A stretch of 38,132 nt of DNA from a virus (lineage: Duplodnaviria > Caudoviricetes), in IMG/VR virus record IMGVR_UViG_3300033148_002311, positions 1-38,132 of that record; one strand, written 5' to 3'. Under the pieces are notes generated by a model, which ran no database searches, was not told the origin of the DNA, and saw only the letters and a list, made by a program, of their open reading frames with translations. Both the position numbers and the translations under genes were made by a program. Positions 17,057 through 26,422 of the stretch are shown in pieces; the first letter of the stretch is position 1; every line of letters starts with the position of its first letter.

Positions 17057-17852
17057 CAGTTAATTGGTATGGTTTTATATTATTTATTATATACCTATTT
17101 AATTTTTCAGTCAAATCTTTCGGGGCTTTTGTTTGCACAACTTTTACTTTTTCATTTCCATAAGGCATTAAATCTTCTGTATCTATTGTCCAATTAAGCC
17201 ATTTATCTTTATACCAGTTCTTTTTAATTTCAGAAGAATGAGAATAACTTTTGATTTTATTTAAAACTTCTTTATCACTTTTAACCCAAGAAAGATGATG
17301 ACAATTAATATCTAAATTTCTTATACTTTCACAAACTCCATCAGGTTTTCCTAAATCTTTTACTGCTCGTTTAATCCAGAATTCTACGGTTTTAGGATTT
17401 ACAACTATCGGTGGTTTATGATGAGTGTCCGGAGAAAATACATAATCTAAACTTTTCCAATAAGTTATCAAATTTCCCGTTAAACAATGAATCTGTTGAT
17501 TAGTTCTGTTTAATTTATCGGTCAAGTATTCTTTCATATAACTTCTAAGGTGGTTAATCGCCTCTGTGGTGTAAAATTCATCTACATCTGCAATTATTAC
17601 CCAATCATAGTCTTTTAATCGTCTTAGAGCTTCATTTCGTTGTTCGTGTTCTGATGACCAATCTCCTGTAATAACTTCTACACCTAAATTCCTTGCTATC
17701 TTTTCGGTATTGTCTTTTTTTGCACCCTTTCCATTCCAGGGTTTATTAGAAATTAAAACTTGATGATGAAACCCAAATGGTTTCCATTGTTTTATGCAAG
17801 GTTGAATAAATCTTTCTTCGTTATAAGCAATTGTAGAAACTGCAATTTTCAT
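17046..17852 (-). CDS. Glycosyltransferase (GT-A fold, GT2-like)
   Basis: IAYNEERFI, QRN, DWVIIADVDEFY (DxD). Confidence 0.8.
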   Translation of the reverse strand: MKIAVSTIAYNEERFIQPCIKQWKPFGFHHQVLISNKPWNGKGAKKDNTEKIARNLGVEVITGDWSSEHEQRNEALRRLKDYDWVIIADVDEFYTTEAINHLRSYMKEYLTDKLNRTNQQIHCLTGNLITYWKSLDYVFSPDTHHKPPIVVNPKTVEFWIKRAVKDLGKPDGVCESIRNLDINCHHLSWVKSDKEVLNKIKSYSHSSEIKKNWYKDKWLNWTIDTEDLMPYGNEKVKVVQTKAPKDLTEKLNRYIINNIKPYQLTGGC

Positions 17853-18631
17853 TCATTTGGTTTTAAATTAACATTTCCATTAAAATCAATCGTTCTTTCA
17901 ATTCCTAATGATTCAAAGAAATACTTTTTATCTGATTTTCTAGTTCTATATTTAATATAATCCTTATCAATAGAATATTGCTGAAACTTATGTTTTACTA
18001 TAGCGTCTGGAGTAAAAGCAATTACCTTTCCTGTTTTTTTTGCTCGTAAGAAAAAATGAGAATGTTCATAACTGACTTTAATGTTTTCGTCCCAAGATAA
18101 ATCTTTTATTTCATTTACCCTTGCTACAAAAAAATTAAACACAATATCAGCTTGTTTATATCTTAATCCACTAATCTCATCTTTTTCGGTAACATCTTGT
18201 TCTTTTATTAAGTTGTATTTTATATAGTTATTATAAATGTCAAAAGTTCCTTGATAATCTCTAGTTATTCCTCCTTCTTTAACTCTTCCACCAATTAAAT
18301 CATAATCAGGATTAACTTCTAGAAATTGAATCATCTCATCTAATTTAGAATCTTTATTATACAAAAAATCATTATCTCCAACTAAAATATATTTTGTTTT
18401 CGTTAAACTTAATAATTTATTTCTTGCAACTGATATTCCAGAATCAAAAGGTAATTTAATATAATAGTTTTGAGGTAATAAACCTTTAATCCCATTGTTA
18501 GTTTCTCCATTTTCCCCTACTAAAATTTGGATTTCTGGATAGGTTTTTTGTAAAGACTTAATACAGTCAATAGTATATTTCGGTCTTAAAAACGAAATTA
18601 TAATTGCTGTTAAATCTTTTAATCCTGACAT
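17849..18631 (-). CDS. Glycosyltransferase (GT2/B4GALNT-like)
   Basis: SFLRP, LPFDSGISVARN, TKYILVGDNDF, DLIGG, NFFVAR, EHSHFFL. Confidence 0.85.
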   Translation of the reverse strand: MSGLKDLTAIIISFLRPKYTIDCIKSLQKTYPEIQILVGENGETNNGIKGLLPQNYYIKLPFDSGISVARNKLLSLTKTKYILVGDNDFLYNKDSKLDEMIQFLEVNPDYDLIGGRVKEGGITRDYQGTFDIYNNYIKYNLIKEQDVTEKDEISGLRYKQADIVFNFFVARVNEIKDLSWDENIKVSYEHSHFFLRAKKTGKVIAFTPDAIVKHKFQQYSIDKDYIKYRTRKSDKKYFFESLGIERTIDFNGNVNLKPNE

Positions 18632-18999
18632 ATCTTTTTAATTTTAGCACTATTTATTTTCGGAGTTCTTTTTAGATATATTACTTCACAATCTAAATTA
18701 TCAAATTTTCCTTTCCAATCATCTCCCATAACAAAAATATCTATTTTATTATCTTTAATATCTTTTGTTTTTTGTTCCCAGTATTTTTCTGGAATAACTT
18801 TATCAACAAAATCTAAACTCTGAATTATCTCTTTTCTTTTTCTAAAAGATAAGAAAGATTTTTTTCCTTTTAATAAATTAAATTTATCAGTAGAAACTGC
18901 AACTATTAAATAATCACCTAATTTACTTGCTCTTTTGAGTAAATTCCAATGTCCAAAATGAAACGTATCAAAAGTTCCATAGGTTATAACTTTTTTCAT
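18619..18999 (-). CDS. tagD: Glycerol-3-phosphate cytidylyltransferase (start moved to ATG 18999)
   Basis: MKKVITYGTFD..HFGH, EKYWEQK, FVMGDDWKGKFD, RTPKINS; closely follows the TagD pattern; TAATG coupling to the LicD gene. Confidence 0.9.
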   Translation of the reverse strand: MKKVITYGTFDTFHFGHWNLLKRASKLGDYLIVAVSTDKFNLLKGKKSFLSFRKRKEIIQSLDFVDKVIPEKYWEQKTKDIKDNKIDIFVMGDDWKGKFDNLDCEVIYLKRTPKINSAKIKKICQD

Positions 19000-19556
19000 T
19001 AGATATCTTCCTTTTTTAATTCTGATTTTTCCCAATTAATACATTTAGGATCTTTAGCCCAATTCCATTTTTCTATAGGTATTTTCCAATCTCCATATCT
19101 TTCTGTTAAGTATTTTTCTGGAGGATTAGGAACAAAGGCTTTAATTCCTAAGAAATCAATCTCTTTTAAGTTTTCAAACAACTCTTTACTAAATTCAAAA
19201 AATAATTGTTTTTTATTTTTCCAAGCTGAATGCCAAAGAATATTCTCTTCTTCATAGAAAAGAAAAAAATCTGTTTTAACTCCAAATCTTCTAAATGAAA
19301 ATTCATAACCATTATCTACTGTTCCAAAATCGTGGATTAAACTAAATCCTTCTTTAATTAAATCTCTTGCTAAATACCAAATATCAGCCTTATCACTAAT
19401 TATAAGTCCAATATCAGTATCTAAATCATAATCAATAAATTTACCTTCTCTAATAGCTCCTAAACAAGTTCCAGCTTCAAGCCACCACTTAATTTTAAGT
19501 CTTTCTAATATGTTTGAAATTGTTTGTATGTTTTCTCTTGCTTTATTTTTGTCCAT
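18999..19556 (-). CDS. LicD/fukutin-family nucleotidyl/phosphotransferase
   Basis: WWLEAGTCLGAIRE...DLDTDIG, VKTDFFLFYEE, VPNPPEKYLTERYGDWKIP. Confidence 0.9.
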   Translation of the reverse strand: MDKNKARENIQTISNILERLKIKWWLEAGTCLGAIREGKFIDYDLDTDIGLIISDKADIWYLARDLIKEGFSLIHDFGTVDNGYEFSFRRFGVKTDFFLFYEEENILWHSAWKNKKQLFFEFSKELFENLKEIDFLGIKAFVPNPPEKYLTERYGDWKIPIEKWNWAKDPKCINWEKSELKKEDI

Positions 19557-19630
19557 ATTAATTATTTTTTAAAAGTTAATCCGTTCATATTGTATTATCT
19601 TAAAAAGCATTGTATTGCTCTAACTTCTTT

Positions 19631-20782
19631 TTAAATTATTGTTACTTTAGGAATAAATGTTGTAGGTATTTCCTCTGTCGCTCCCCAAGCTACTAAAGCA
19701 TCTGTTTGACAATAATAATTAGCTTTAATCCAAGCATCACTTCTTAACGTATTAGAAAGCCTAATCTCGTCTATTATATTACAGAAACTTGATTGGGTTC
19801 CATCCACATTAATAGCCATTAAAGAAAAGTCTTTAGAAAAATTATTAAAAGAATTAGGAGTTCCTTGAGCTTTATAGGTAAAAGTTTTTTCTACTCCATC
19901 AACAAAGATATCTATATTGTCATTTGGAGCATCCCATCTAATCACTATATAATGAGAACTACCATCAGATATTCCAGTATTTGAATTAACAGCTCCTTGT
20001 AATATACGAGCAGAGTCATCTTTCATCCAGGCTCTTATATAACCAGCTTGATTTGTATTATCGCTATCATAATTCAGTTTTACGAATAAATCTGAAGAAC
20101 CTGCAGTATATAACCCCATTCCGTGAGCATCCGTATTACTAGATTTATGCCAAAACTCCATTGTTGGTTTATTAGTTCCCATTTCAGAACCAAAAGTACC
20201 TAATGTTCCTACATTTATATAATCATCTGTCTCGTCTCCATCTTGTGCATTACCTATTTGTCCACTCGTGGTTACGGCAGGTTCTCCTGCACCTTTCTTC
20301 GTTCCGTCATTATCATTAGAAGTAGAATCATAAGTTGCAGAAGTAGAAGCTCCATCAGCCATATGCTGAACCATTTTAAAGTTAGCATCCCAAACGCTTT
20401 CTGCGACTACTGAATTGGTATCTCCTATATAAGTAGTATTATCATCTTGAGCTGAATCAAAATACATATAGAGTTTAGTAGTCGCTCCACTCGCTAAAAC
20501 TAAATCACTTTTAGAGGTATGAATAACGGCTTTTTCATTAGCATCATCCCATTTTTCTATTTCTGCATATAGTTGAGTTGTTCCGTCTGTTTTTGTGAAG
20601 GCTATCTTGAGTCTATTAGCATCACTTCCTAACTCATCAAAAATATCACTAACATCTGTATTTCCAGTTCCTACACTTATTCCTAATGTTAAAAGTAAAG
20701 GAAAATGAGTTAGATTAGAATCTATATTTGTATTAGAAACTATTACTTCTTTTCTATATTTATATGTTCCTAACCAAGACAT
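19631..20782 (-). CDS. DUF2341 plus LamG/concanavalin-like domain virion protein (putative adhesin)
   Basis: W...YRKEVIVSNT.IDSNLTHFPLL, IAFT..DGTTQLYAEIEKWD, IIDEIRLSNTLRSDAWI. Confidence 0.8.
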   Translation of the reverse strand: MSWLGTYKYRKEVIVSNTNIDSNLTHFPLLLTLGISVGTGNTDVSDIFDELGSDANRLKIAFTKTDGTTQLYAEIEKWDDANEKAVIHTSKSDLVLASGATTKLYMYFDSAQDDNTTYIGDTNSVVAESVWDANFKMVQHMADGASTSATYDSTSNDNDGTKKGAGEPAVTTSGQIGNAQDGDETDDYINVGTLGTFGSEMGTNKPTMEFWHKSSNTDAHGMGLYTAGSSDLFVKLNYDSDNTNQAGYIRAWMKDDSARILQGAVNSNTGISDGSSHYIVIRWDAPNDNIDIFVDGVEKTFTYKAQGTPNSFNNFSKDFSLMAINVDGTQSSFCNIIDEIRLSNTLRSDAWIKANYYCQTDALVAWGATEEIPTTFIPKVTII

Positions 20783-20885
20783 CTAACTTTAAGTAGATTA
20801 AGGTTAATAATACCAAGACTGCTATCCCAAATATCGTTGCTGGGATTATTTCTAAATGCCAATTTTCTTTAAAATTTATCTTCAT
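20760..20885 (-). CDS. Small single-TM protein, 41 aa
   Basis: Hand-translated MKINFKENWHLEIIPATIFGIAVLVLLTLIYLKLDVLVRNI; ATGA-coupled to the upstream gene. Confidence 0.5.
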   Translation of the reverse strand: MKINFKENWHLEIIPATIFGIAVLVLLTLIYLKLDVLVRNI

Positions 20886-22885
20886 AAGACTACCTCTAAC
20901 CAAATTGTTAATCCTTTTGCTTTAGTCGTTTGAACTCCATCAATATCAAAAGTTAAGATTGCATCAGCTGCGATTGAAGCATCTGAAATAACTGGAGGAG
21001 TTTCAGCTGTTTCTGATGATTTCTCTCCAGTATCTATTGTAATTTTAGTTGAAAGTATAGATGTTCCAGCTTCATTAATATCTATTGTCATTACTCCTGT
21101 TACTCCAGCCGTATCAACATAAGCTCCGACACTTTTAACAGTCATTCCAAAAGGAACCCTAAACTCCCCTCCTACGCCTGTGTCTGCCTCTACATCAGTA
21201 TCTTTATCAAGTATTCTATATTCGATTATCCTATAAACTCCTGTAACCCTTCCAGCTCCTTTAGGAGTTAACGCTATATTAATATCTGTATCATCTCCTT
21301 GGGCTTGTAAATCAATAGCATTTCCAGTCGCACTATTAACCATTTTGAAAAAATTAATAGCATCAGCAGTTTCTCCAAAATCTAATAATTCATTATCATT
21401 AGAATCTTCTATAAGATTGCCTCCCATATTTAAGTTCCCTGTCATTGCTCTATTTCCATCTAAAGTTAAATATCCAGGATGGTCTGCTACATCTGTTAGT
21501 CCTGTTAAGTTTCCGTGGTCAGATACAGCTGTTCCTGTAAAGAATTGTTCAGTAACCATTTGAACATCGGTAAAAGAACCACCTGCTTGAGGAACGATAA
21601 TCTTTCCTATAAGACAACCGAAGTCTGTTAAGTGTGCTGGTTTTGTTGGCTCTTGTACTACTTCAGCTTCTGCTAAAGTATAAGAACCTCTGCCATAAAG
21701 AACATAAACGTGCTGGTCATATGAATGTTTATAAACCCAAAATGTTCCATATCTTGCAACTCCAACATTTCCAAGAGTTCCATCTCCATCGTCATAATGC
21801 TCGTAATCAATCGTGTTTCTATCAGCTCCATAAGTCCAACCATCACTACCATCTTGATAGACTGGAGTAAATTGAGTAACAGCTGAATTGTAGGCGTCTA
21901 AAGTAATTCTATTAATTCCAGCATAGGCGACACCTGCCTCCATAGTAAAATTATTAGTTCCTGAATAAGCTATTGTACTACCTCTTTCTAATTCTACACT
22001 TCTTAGTTCTTTAGCTCTAACGTGTAACTTGCGAACTCCATCCTGAAAATTAAAACCACCAGAAATATAATGAACTTCGCCACCACCATTTTTCATTACC
22101 TTACCAATAGGAATACTTCTCTTGTCTGAATCATAAGGGCTTGTTTCCGAAAGAGTTATTGTAGGACTTCCTCCGTTATAATTAAGAGAAACGAAGTAAG
22201 TTGTATCAGCTAAAGTAATTGCCTGATTATCTTGCTCAGCTAAAGTTGCATATTTCAATGGAGCTGTAACGCTGTCGCTTGTTCTGAATAAAGCTGTTAA
22301 AGCACCAACTTTAAATGTTCCTGCATTTGTTCCTTCTGTAATTTCTCCACCAGTCATAAGTCCAGGACTATCGGCATAAGCGTTTTCTCTTCCTATTTCA
22401 CTTAAAGCTGTTTCTACTTCTGTACCTACGAAATAATCTGTTGAGTCTGCAATAGGTAAATCTAAAGCTGAAACTTGATTAGCTCCTGTTCCCCAATCAA
22501 TATGAGTGTCGTTAATTCCATCAGCTTTAACATCAGCTGTTATTGTATAAGTTGAAAGTGTTAAATCTATACTATCTGTATCTCCTACAGCAGTACTTTC
22601 TGTTACCTTGGCTGTATTAGCTATAATAGCTGAGATATTTATTCCTGAATCTTTTATAAGTTTTCCTGTAGTTGAGTCAAAAATTGTTATATTTTCATCT
22701 ACTGCACTGGATGGCCCAATAACATCTCCTCCTCCTGAAGCAGATCCATTTTCAAACTTTCCTGTTGTAGAGTTATATTTTAAAATTTGACCATTAGCTA
22801 TAGAAGATATTGCGACATCGTTAAGGTCACCAATATCGTGGCTATGTAGCATTACCCCTTGAATTTTATCTATTACAATTGCCAT
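20882..22885 (-). CDS. Putative fibre/decoration protein
   Basis: Acidic Gly/Thr/Ser-rich 667 aa; LNDV....NGQILKYN and FDSTTGKLIKDSG fibre-like motifs. Confidence 0.7.
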   Translation of the reverse strand: MAIVIDKIQGVMLHSHDIGDLNDVAISSIANGQILKYNSTTGKFENGSASGGGDVIGPSSAVDENITIFDSTTGKLIKDSGINISAIIANTAKVTESTAVGDTDSIDLTLSTYTITADVKADGINDTHIDWGTGANQVSALDLPIADSTDYFVGTEVETALSEIGRENAYADSPGLMTGGEITEGTNAGTFKVGALTALFRTSDSVTAPLKYATLAEQDNQAITLADTTYFVSLNYNGGSPTITLSETSPYDSDKRSIPIGKVMKNGGGEVHYISGGFNFQDGVRKLHVRAKELRSVELERGSTIAYSGTNNFTMEAGVAYAGINRITLDAYNSAVTQFTPVYQDGSDGWTYGADRNTIDYEHYDDGDGTLGNVGVARYGTFWVYKHSYDQHVYVLYGRGSYTLAEAEVVQEPTKPAHLTDFGCLIGKIIVPQAGGSFTDVQMVTEQFFTGTAVSDHGNLTGLTDVADHPGYLTLDGNRAMTGNLNMGGNLIEDSNDNELLDFGETADAINFFKMVNSATGNAIDLQAQGDDTDINIALTPKGAGRVTGVYRIIEYRILDKDTDVEADTGVGGEFRVPFGMTVKSVGAYVDTAGVTGVMTIDINEAGTSILSTKITIDTGEKSSETAETPPVISDASIAADAILTFDIDGVQTTKAKGLTIWLEVVL

Positions 22886-23169
22886 TAAAATACTTTATTA
22901 AAATTATTATATGTTAACGACACTCTATTACTCCAAGCAGAAGAATATGAGGTTTCAGAATTATTAGATTTAGTAGCGTGTCTTAATGTTGTTGGATTAG
23001 CAGATTCGTCTACTTTAATAATCCAATAATTTCCTGTTTTATCTTCTTTACCTACATAAGTTATTCCGCTTCCAGCTTCGTCTACATCGTTAACATTAAA
23101 AGTTTCTAATCCTACTTCTTCTGTTTTATATGTTTCTTTGGGAGGTCTTCCCCCGATTATTTGTTTCAT
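22885..23169 (-). CDS. Small putative virion protein
   Basis: YVGKE...W.I...AWSNRVSLTY; in the structural string. Confidence 0.6.
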   Translation of the reverse strand: MKQIIGGRPPKETYKTEEVGLETFNVNDVDEAGSGITYVGKEDKTGNYWIIKVDESANPTTLRHATKSNNSETSYSSAWSNRVSLTYNNFNKVF

Positions 23170-23708
23170 TGATATTTATCTATTTGTTTATTAAGAGAAT
23201 CAATTTTATTTATTTTCTTCTCTATTGTTTGTAATTTCTCGAGTTTTTCCTGTCGAGACTTATCAGAAATCTCTCGAGATGCTTTGTATGCTTTTTGGGT
23301 AAGTCCTATATAATCTTCATTTATTTTAATATCTTTCTTATGTTTTACAATATCTTTCTTAATCTTCTCCATATTTTCTTTCGTTAGATATCTTTCTTCT
23401 ATTTCATCCTGAATATCTTTTGCAAATTCTTCTTTAGGTAACTCTTTAATTTCTCTTGCACGTTCTTGTGTTAATTGAACATATTCCCAAACTCTCTGTA
23501 ATGGTTCTCCTCCATAATGTTTATCTAAAACTCTCAGAATATTCCCTCTGTAATTCTTTTCACCTTGAAAATGTTCTATAACATCAATTAGCCTATCTAA
23601 AGTATTGGATAATTTTAAATCACCTTGAGATATTCCTAATAAATCCATTATTTCTGTAGCGATTAAAGGATCTATTCCTGCATCTGAAAATGTTGTTTGA
23701 TTACTCAT
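23166..23708 (-). CDS. Hypothetical coiled-coil protein
   Basis: 180-aa ORF coupled to both neighbours. Confidence 0.65.
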   Translation of the reverse strand: MSNQTTFSDAGIDPLIATEIMDLLGISQGDLKLSNTLDRLIDVIEHFQGEKNYRGNILRVLDKHYGGEPLQRVWEYVQLTQERAREIKELPKEEFAKDIQDEIEERYLTKENMEKIKKDIVKHKKDIKINEDYIGLTQKAYKASREISDKSRQEKLEKLQTIEKKINKIDSLNKQIDKYQ

Positions 23709-26031
23709 TGAACTTTTTATTCCATTGGTTACTAATTGACTCCCAATTATATTTTTCTTTTGCCCATTTAATCATTTCATCTGTCTTAGTTGGATTTTTT
23801 AATTCTTGAACTGTTAAATCAATAAACTTCTTTCTCTTTTCAGAATCCTCTAAGGAAAAATCAAACTGATATGGCTTAGCCCAATTATCTTTATTTTTTT
23901 CTGAATGAACCACTTTTTCTCCGTGTCCAAGTTTACCTCCTAATGCCCCAAAATCAGTTATTATCGGAACACACCCAGAAGCAAAAGCTTTAGTTACACT
24001 TATACAATCTATCTCAAAGAATTCTGTAGGGTAAGCATAGATTGAAGCTTCTTGATAAAGTTTATTACATTCATAATTACTAATCCTTCCAAGATTTTCT
24101 ACTCCTTCCATTTCTTCCATTCTTTTAATCAAATCATTCTTCCATTTCATTTTTCTTTCATTGTTTTTATGAACAGTGTCCCAAACTCCCCAACCATAAG
24201 CCCATTTTAACTTAGCTTCTGGAACTTGTTTTTTGATTTCTTTGAAACAATCCAATAAAGCACTTAATGACCTATCAGGACTTGATGTATTAATTATTAA
24301 ATTTTTATCTTTTTTTACTTTATTATTAAAATCTGAAAGGTCTATTCCATTAGGTATAATTTCAAACTTCTCGTCTGGAATTTCAGGAAATAAATCTCTA
24401 TGAGCTTTTGATTTAACAAATATCTTAGTTAATTTCTCAACTCTTTTTCTTGTAAACTCTGCGGTAGGAATAACATCGTGTAAATCAACTATTATTTTAT
24501 CGGCATTAATTTCATAATCTAAAGCTTTAGGACTTCTCCATAAGACAACTATGTCCTGTTTGTCCCTATAATTCCAAGTCCAGAATGGTTTATAGGTTAC
24601 TCCATTGTACTGTTTTTCTTTATATCCACAATTATTGTAGACAGTAATATTCCAACCTTTTTCTGATAATAGTTTGGAAAGATAAATAATAGCTTCTTCT
24701 GAACCTCCAATACCTTCTTTCAGTATGTCTGGATTCCATTCTCTTTCTGTAAAACCACAATAAAATGCTACATCTTTACCGGAACTTGTTTCTTTTATAA
24801 AGTTTATATTTCTTAAATGACAAATATCTGGATGGCTTCTAAAGTCATCAGGAAGCTTTTTAATTTCTTTTAATAGAATTGCCTTATCTTTAATTTTATT
24901 AAGCTTAGACACGGTTTTAAGCACCTTCTCGGCTTTCTTAGACTTTACTTCCATATCTTTTATCAGTCTTTTTAAAGATTTGTCTTTAGGGTATATTTTT
25001 CCACAACCTTTAAGACAAGTTAACGCTAATTGTGGTCTATGTAATTGAATATAAGCTTTAGCTAAATTCATTAAAGGATTATAATCGTAATCTCTTGGAT
25101 TATAAACAATTATTTTATAATAAGGTGGTTTTAAATTTAAACCCCTAAGATAATACTCAACTGCTCTTTGAGGTTCTCCAGATTCTAAATTTAAACTTCC
25201 CATTAAATGATAGGCATCAGGGTATTCTGGTCGCATTCCTATTGCAAAACTAACTTCATCTTTTGCTTTTCTGTATTCTTTTTTAGTCCAGAAACATTCA
25301 GCTCTTCGTAATCTTGCCATATATCTTTCTTCGTCTGATTCGCTTTCTTTTAAAAACTTATCATAAATTTCTAAAGCTTTATCGTTATCTCCAACTGCTT
25401 TATAGGAACGAGCTAAGTTCCATTTAGATCGTGGGTCGTTAGGATTTTCATCCATTATTTTTTGAGAAATTCTTAAATTTCTTTTTGAAGCTTCTTTTCT
25501 TCTTTCTCCTTTTGATAAATGAATTCTTTCAATATCTTTTACGAGTTTAATATCAGGTTTTCTGTCGGAGAAAATAGACTCGTGGATTTTTCCTTTCCAA
25601 TAAAAACTTCCATCATTTCTAATTACTTGAGTTTTTTGATGAATAACTGTTGGATTATTATATTTATCAAAATCATACATATAGAACATTGAAAATCCAT
25701 CAACGCTTGGATGTTCTCTGATTATTTTTTTAAGTTTATCAGCTCCTCTAAGAATATCATCAGCGTCTAACCATAAGATATAATCATATTCTTTAGGAAC
25801 TTGTTTAAAACTGAAATTTCTTGCTTTTGCAAAATCATCTACCCAATCAAAATGAGAAACTTTTGCATTGAATAACTTAGCAATCTTTTCTACTTTTTCT
25901 CCTTTGTCGTTTTCCCAATCAGTAATAGTAATAAAAATACTATCTACATAAGGAGCAATAGATGATAAACATTTTTTTAGATAGCTGTCGTCTTTAGGAC
26001 TAACTATCATTGATAAAGCTATTTTAAACAT
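23701..26031 (-). CDS. GT2-TPR-GT4 multidomain glycosyltransferase (start probably ATG 26031)
   Basis: WVDDFAKARN, WLDADD, GKIHE (GT2); TPR repeats; GGSE, IPNGID, TSSPDRSL, YPTEFFEIDCIS (GT-B/GT4). Confidence 0.88.
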   Translation of the reverse strand: MFKIALSMIVSPKDDSYLKKCLSSIAPYVDSIFITITDWENDKGEKVEKIAKLFNAKVSHFDWVDDFAKARNFSFKQVPKEYDYILWLDADDILRGADKLKKIIREHPSVDGFSMFYMYDFDKYNNPTVIHQKTQVIRNDGSFYWKGKIHESIFSDRKPDIKLVKDIERIHLSKGERRKEASKRNLRISQKIMDENPNDPRSKWNLARSYKAVGDNDKALEIYDKFLKESESDEERYMARLRRAECFWTKKEYRKAKDEVSFAIGMRPEYPDAYHLMGSLNLESGEPQRAVEYYLRGLNLKPPYYKIIVYNPRDYDYNPLMNLAKAYIQLHRPQLALTCLKGCGKIYPKDKSLKRLIKDMEVKSKKAEKVLKTVSKLNKIKDKAILLKEIKKLPDDFRSHPDICHLRNINFIKETSSGKDVAFYCGFTEREWNPDILKEGIGGSEEAIIYLSKLLSEKGWNITVYNNCGYKEKQYNGVTYKPFWTWNYRDKQDIVVLWRSPKALDYEINADKIIVDLHDVIPTAEFTRKRVEKLTKIFVKSKAHRDLFPEIPDEKFEIIPNGIDLSDFNNKVKKDKNLIINTSSPDRSLSALLDCFKEIKKQVPEAKLKWAYGWGVWDTVHKNNERKMKWKNDLIKRMEEMEGVENLGRISNYECNKLYQEASIYAYPTEFFEIDCISVTKAFASGCVPIITDFGALGGKLGHGEKVVHSEKNKDNWAKPYQFDFSLEDSEKRKKFIDLTVQELKNPTKTDEMIKWAKEKYNWESISNQWNKKFNE

Positions 26032-26353
26032 ATTCTGGTATTCTAAATTCTTTAAATTCTTTAGCAAACCATAAAGAACCTTTTTTAGATTTGAAATATT
26101 TTTTCTCAATATCAGTTAATCTTGTTTCAAATACAGTTTCTAATGTTTCTGAATATTCAAGAAGTGGTCGTCTTAATACTTCCGATTCAGACTTAATACG
26201 TCTTACAACTCCTCCTTTTGGAGTAAATACGCTAATAGTTTTTTGTTTCTCTCTTTTCTCTTTTACAATTTTAATAACAGCCTGATATTCTATCGGAAAT
26301 ATTCTTTTATATTCACTAACTAATTTTTTAATTTTTGACTGTGTTTTATTCAT
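26024..26353 (-). CDS. Hypothetical protein directly after the capsid gene
   Basis: 109-aa ORF. Confidence 0.65.
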   Translation of the reverse strand: MNKTQSKIKKLVSEYKRIFPIEYQAVIKIVKEKREKQKTISVFTPKGGVVRRIKSESEVLRRPLLEYSETLETVFETRLTDIEKKYFKSKKGSLWFAKEFKEFRIPEYV

Positions 26354-26422
26354 ACTTTTTCTTATAGAGCAAGGAAAGCCTTGTATCTTTCCCCGCCCTA
26401 CAAGGTTGGGCAGGTTTTACGT

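Noticed and set aside
13556-22885. Diversity-generating retroelement or invertible tail-fibre cassette
   Set aside because: No reverse transcriptase, invertase or template/variable repeat pair is visible.
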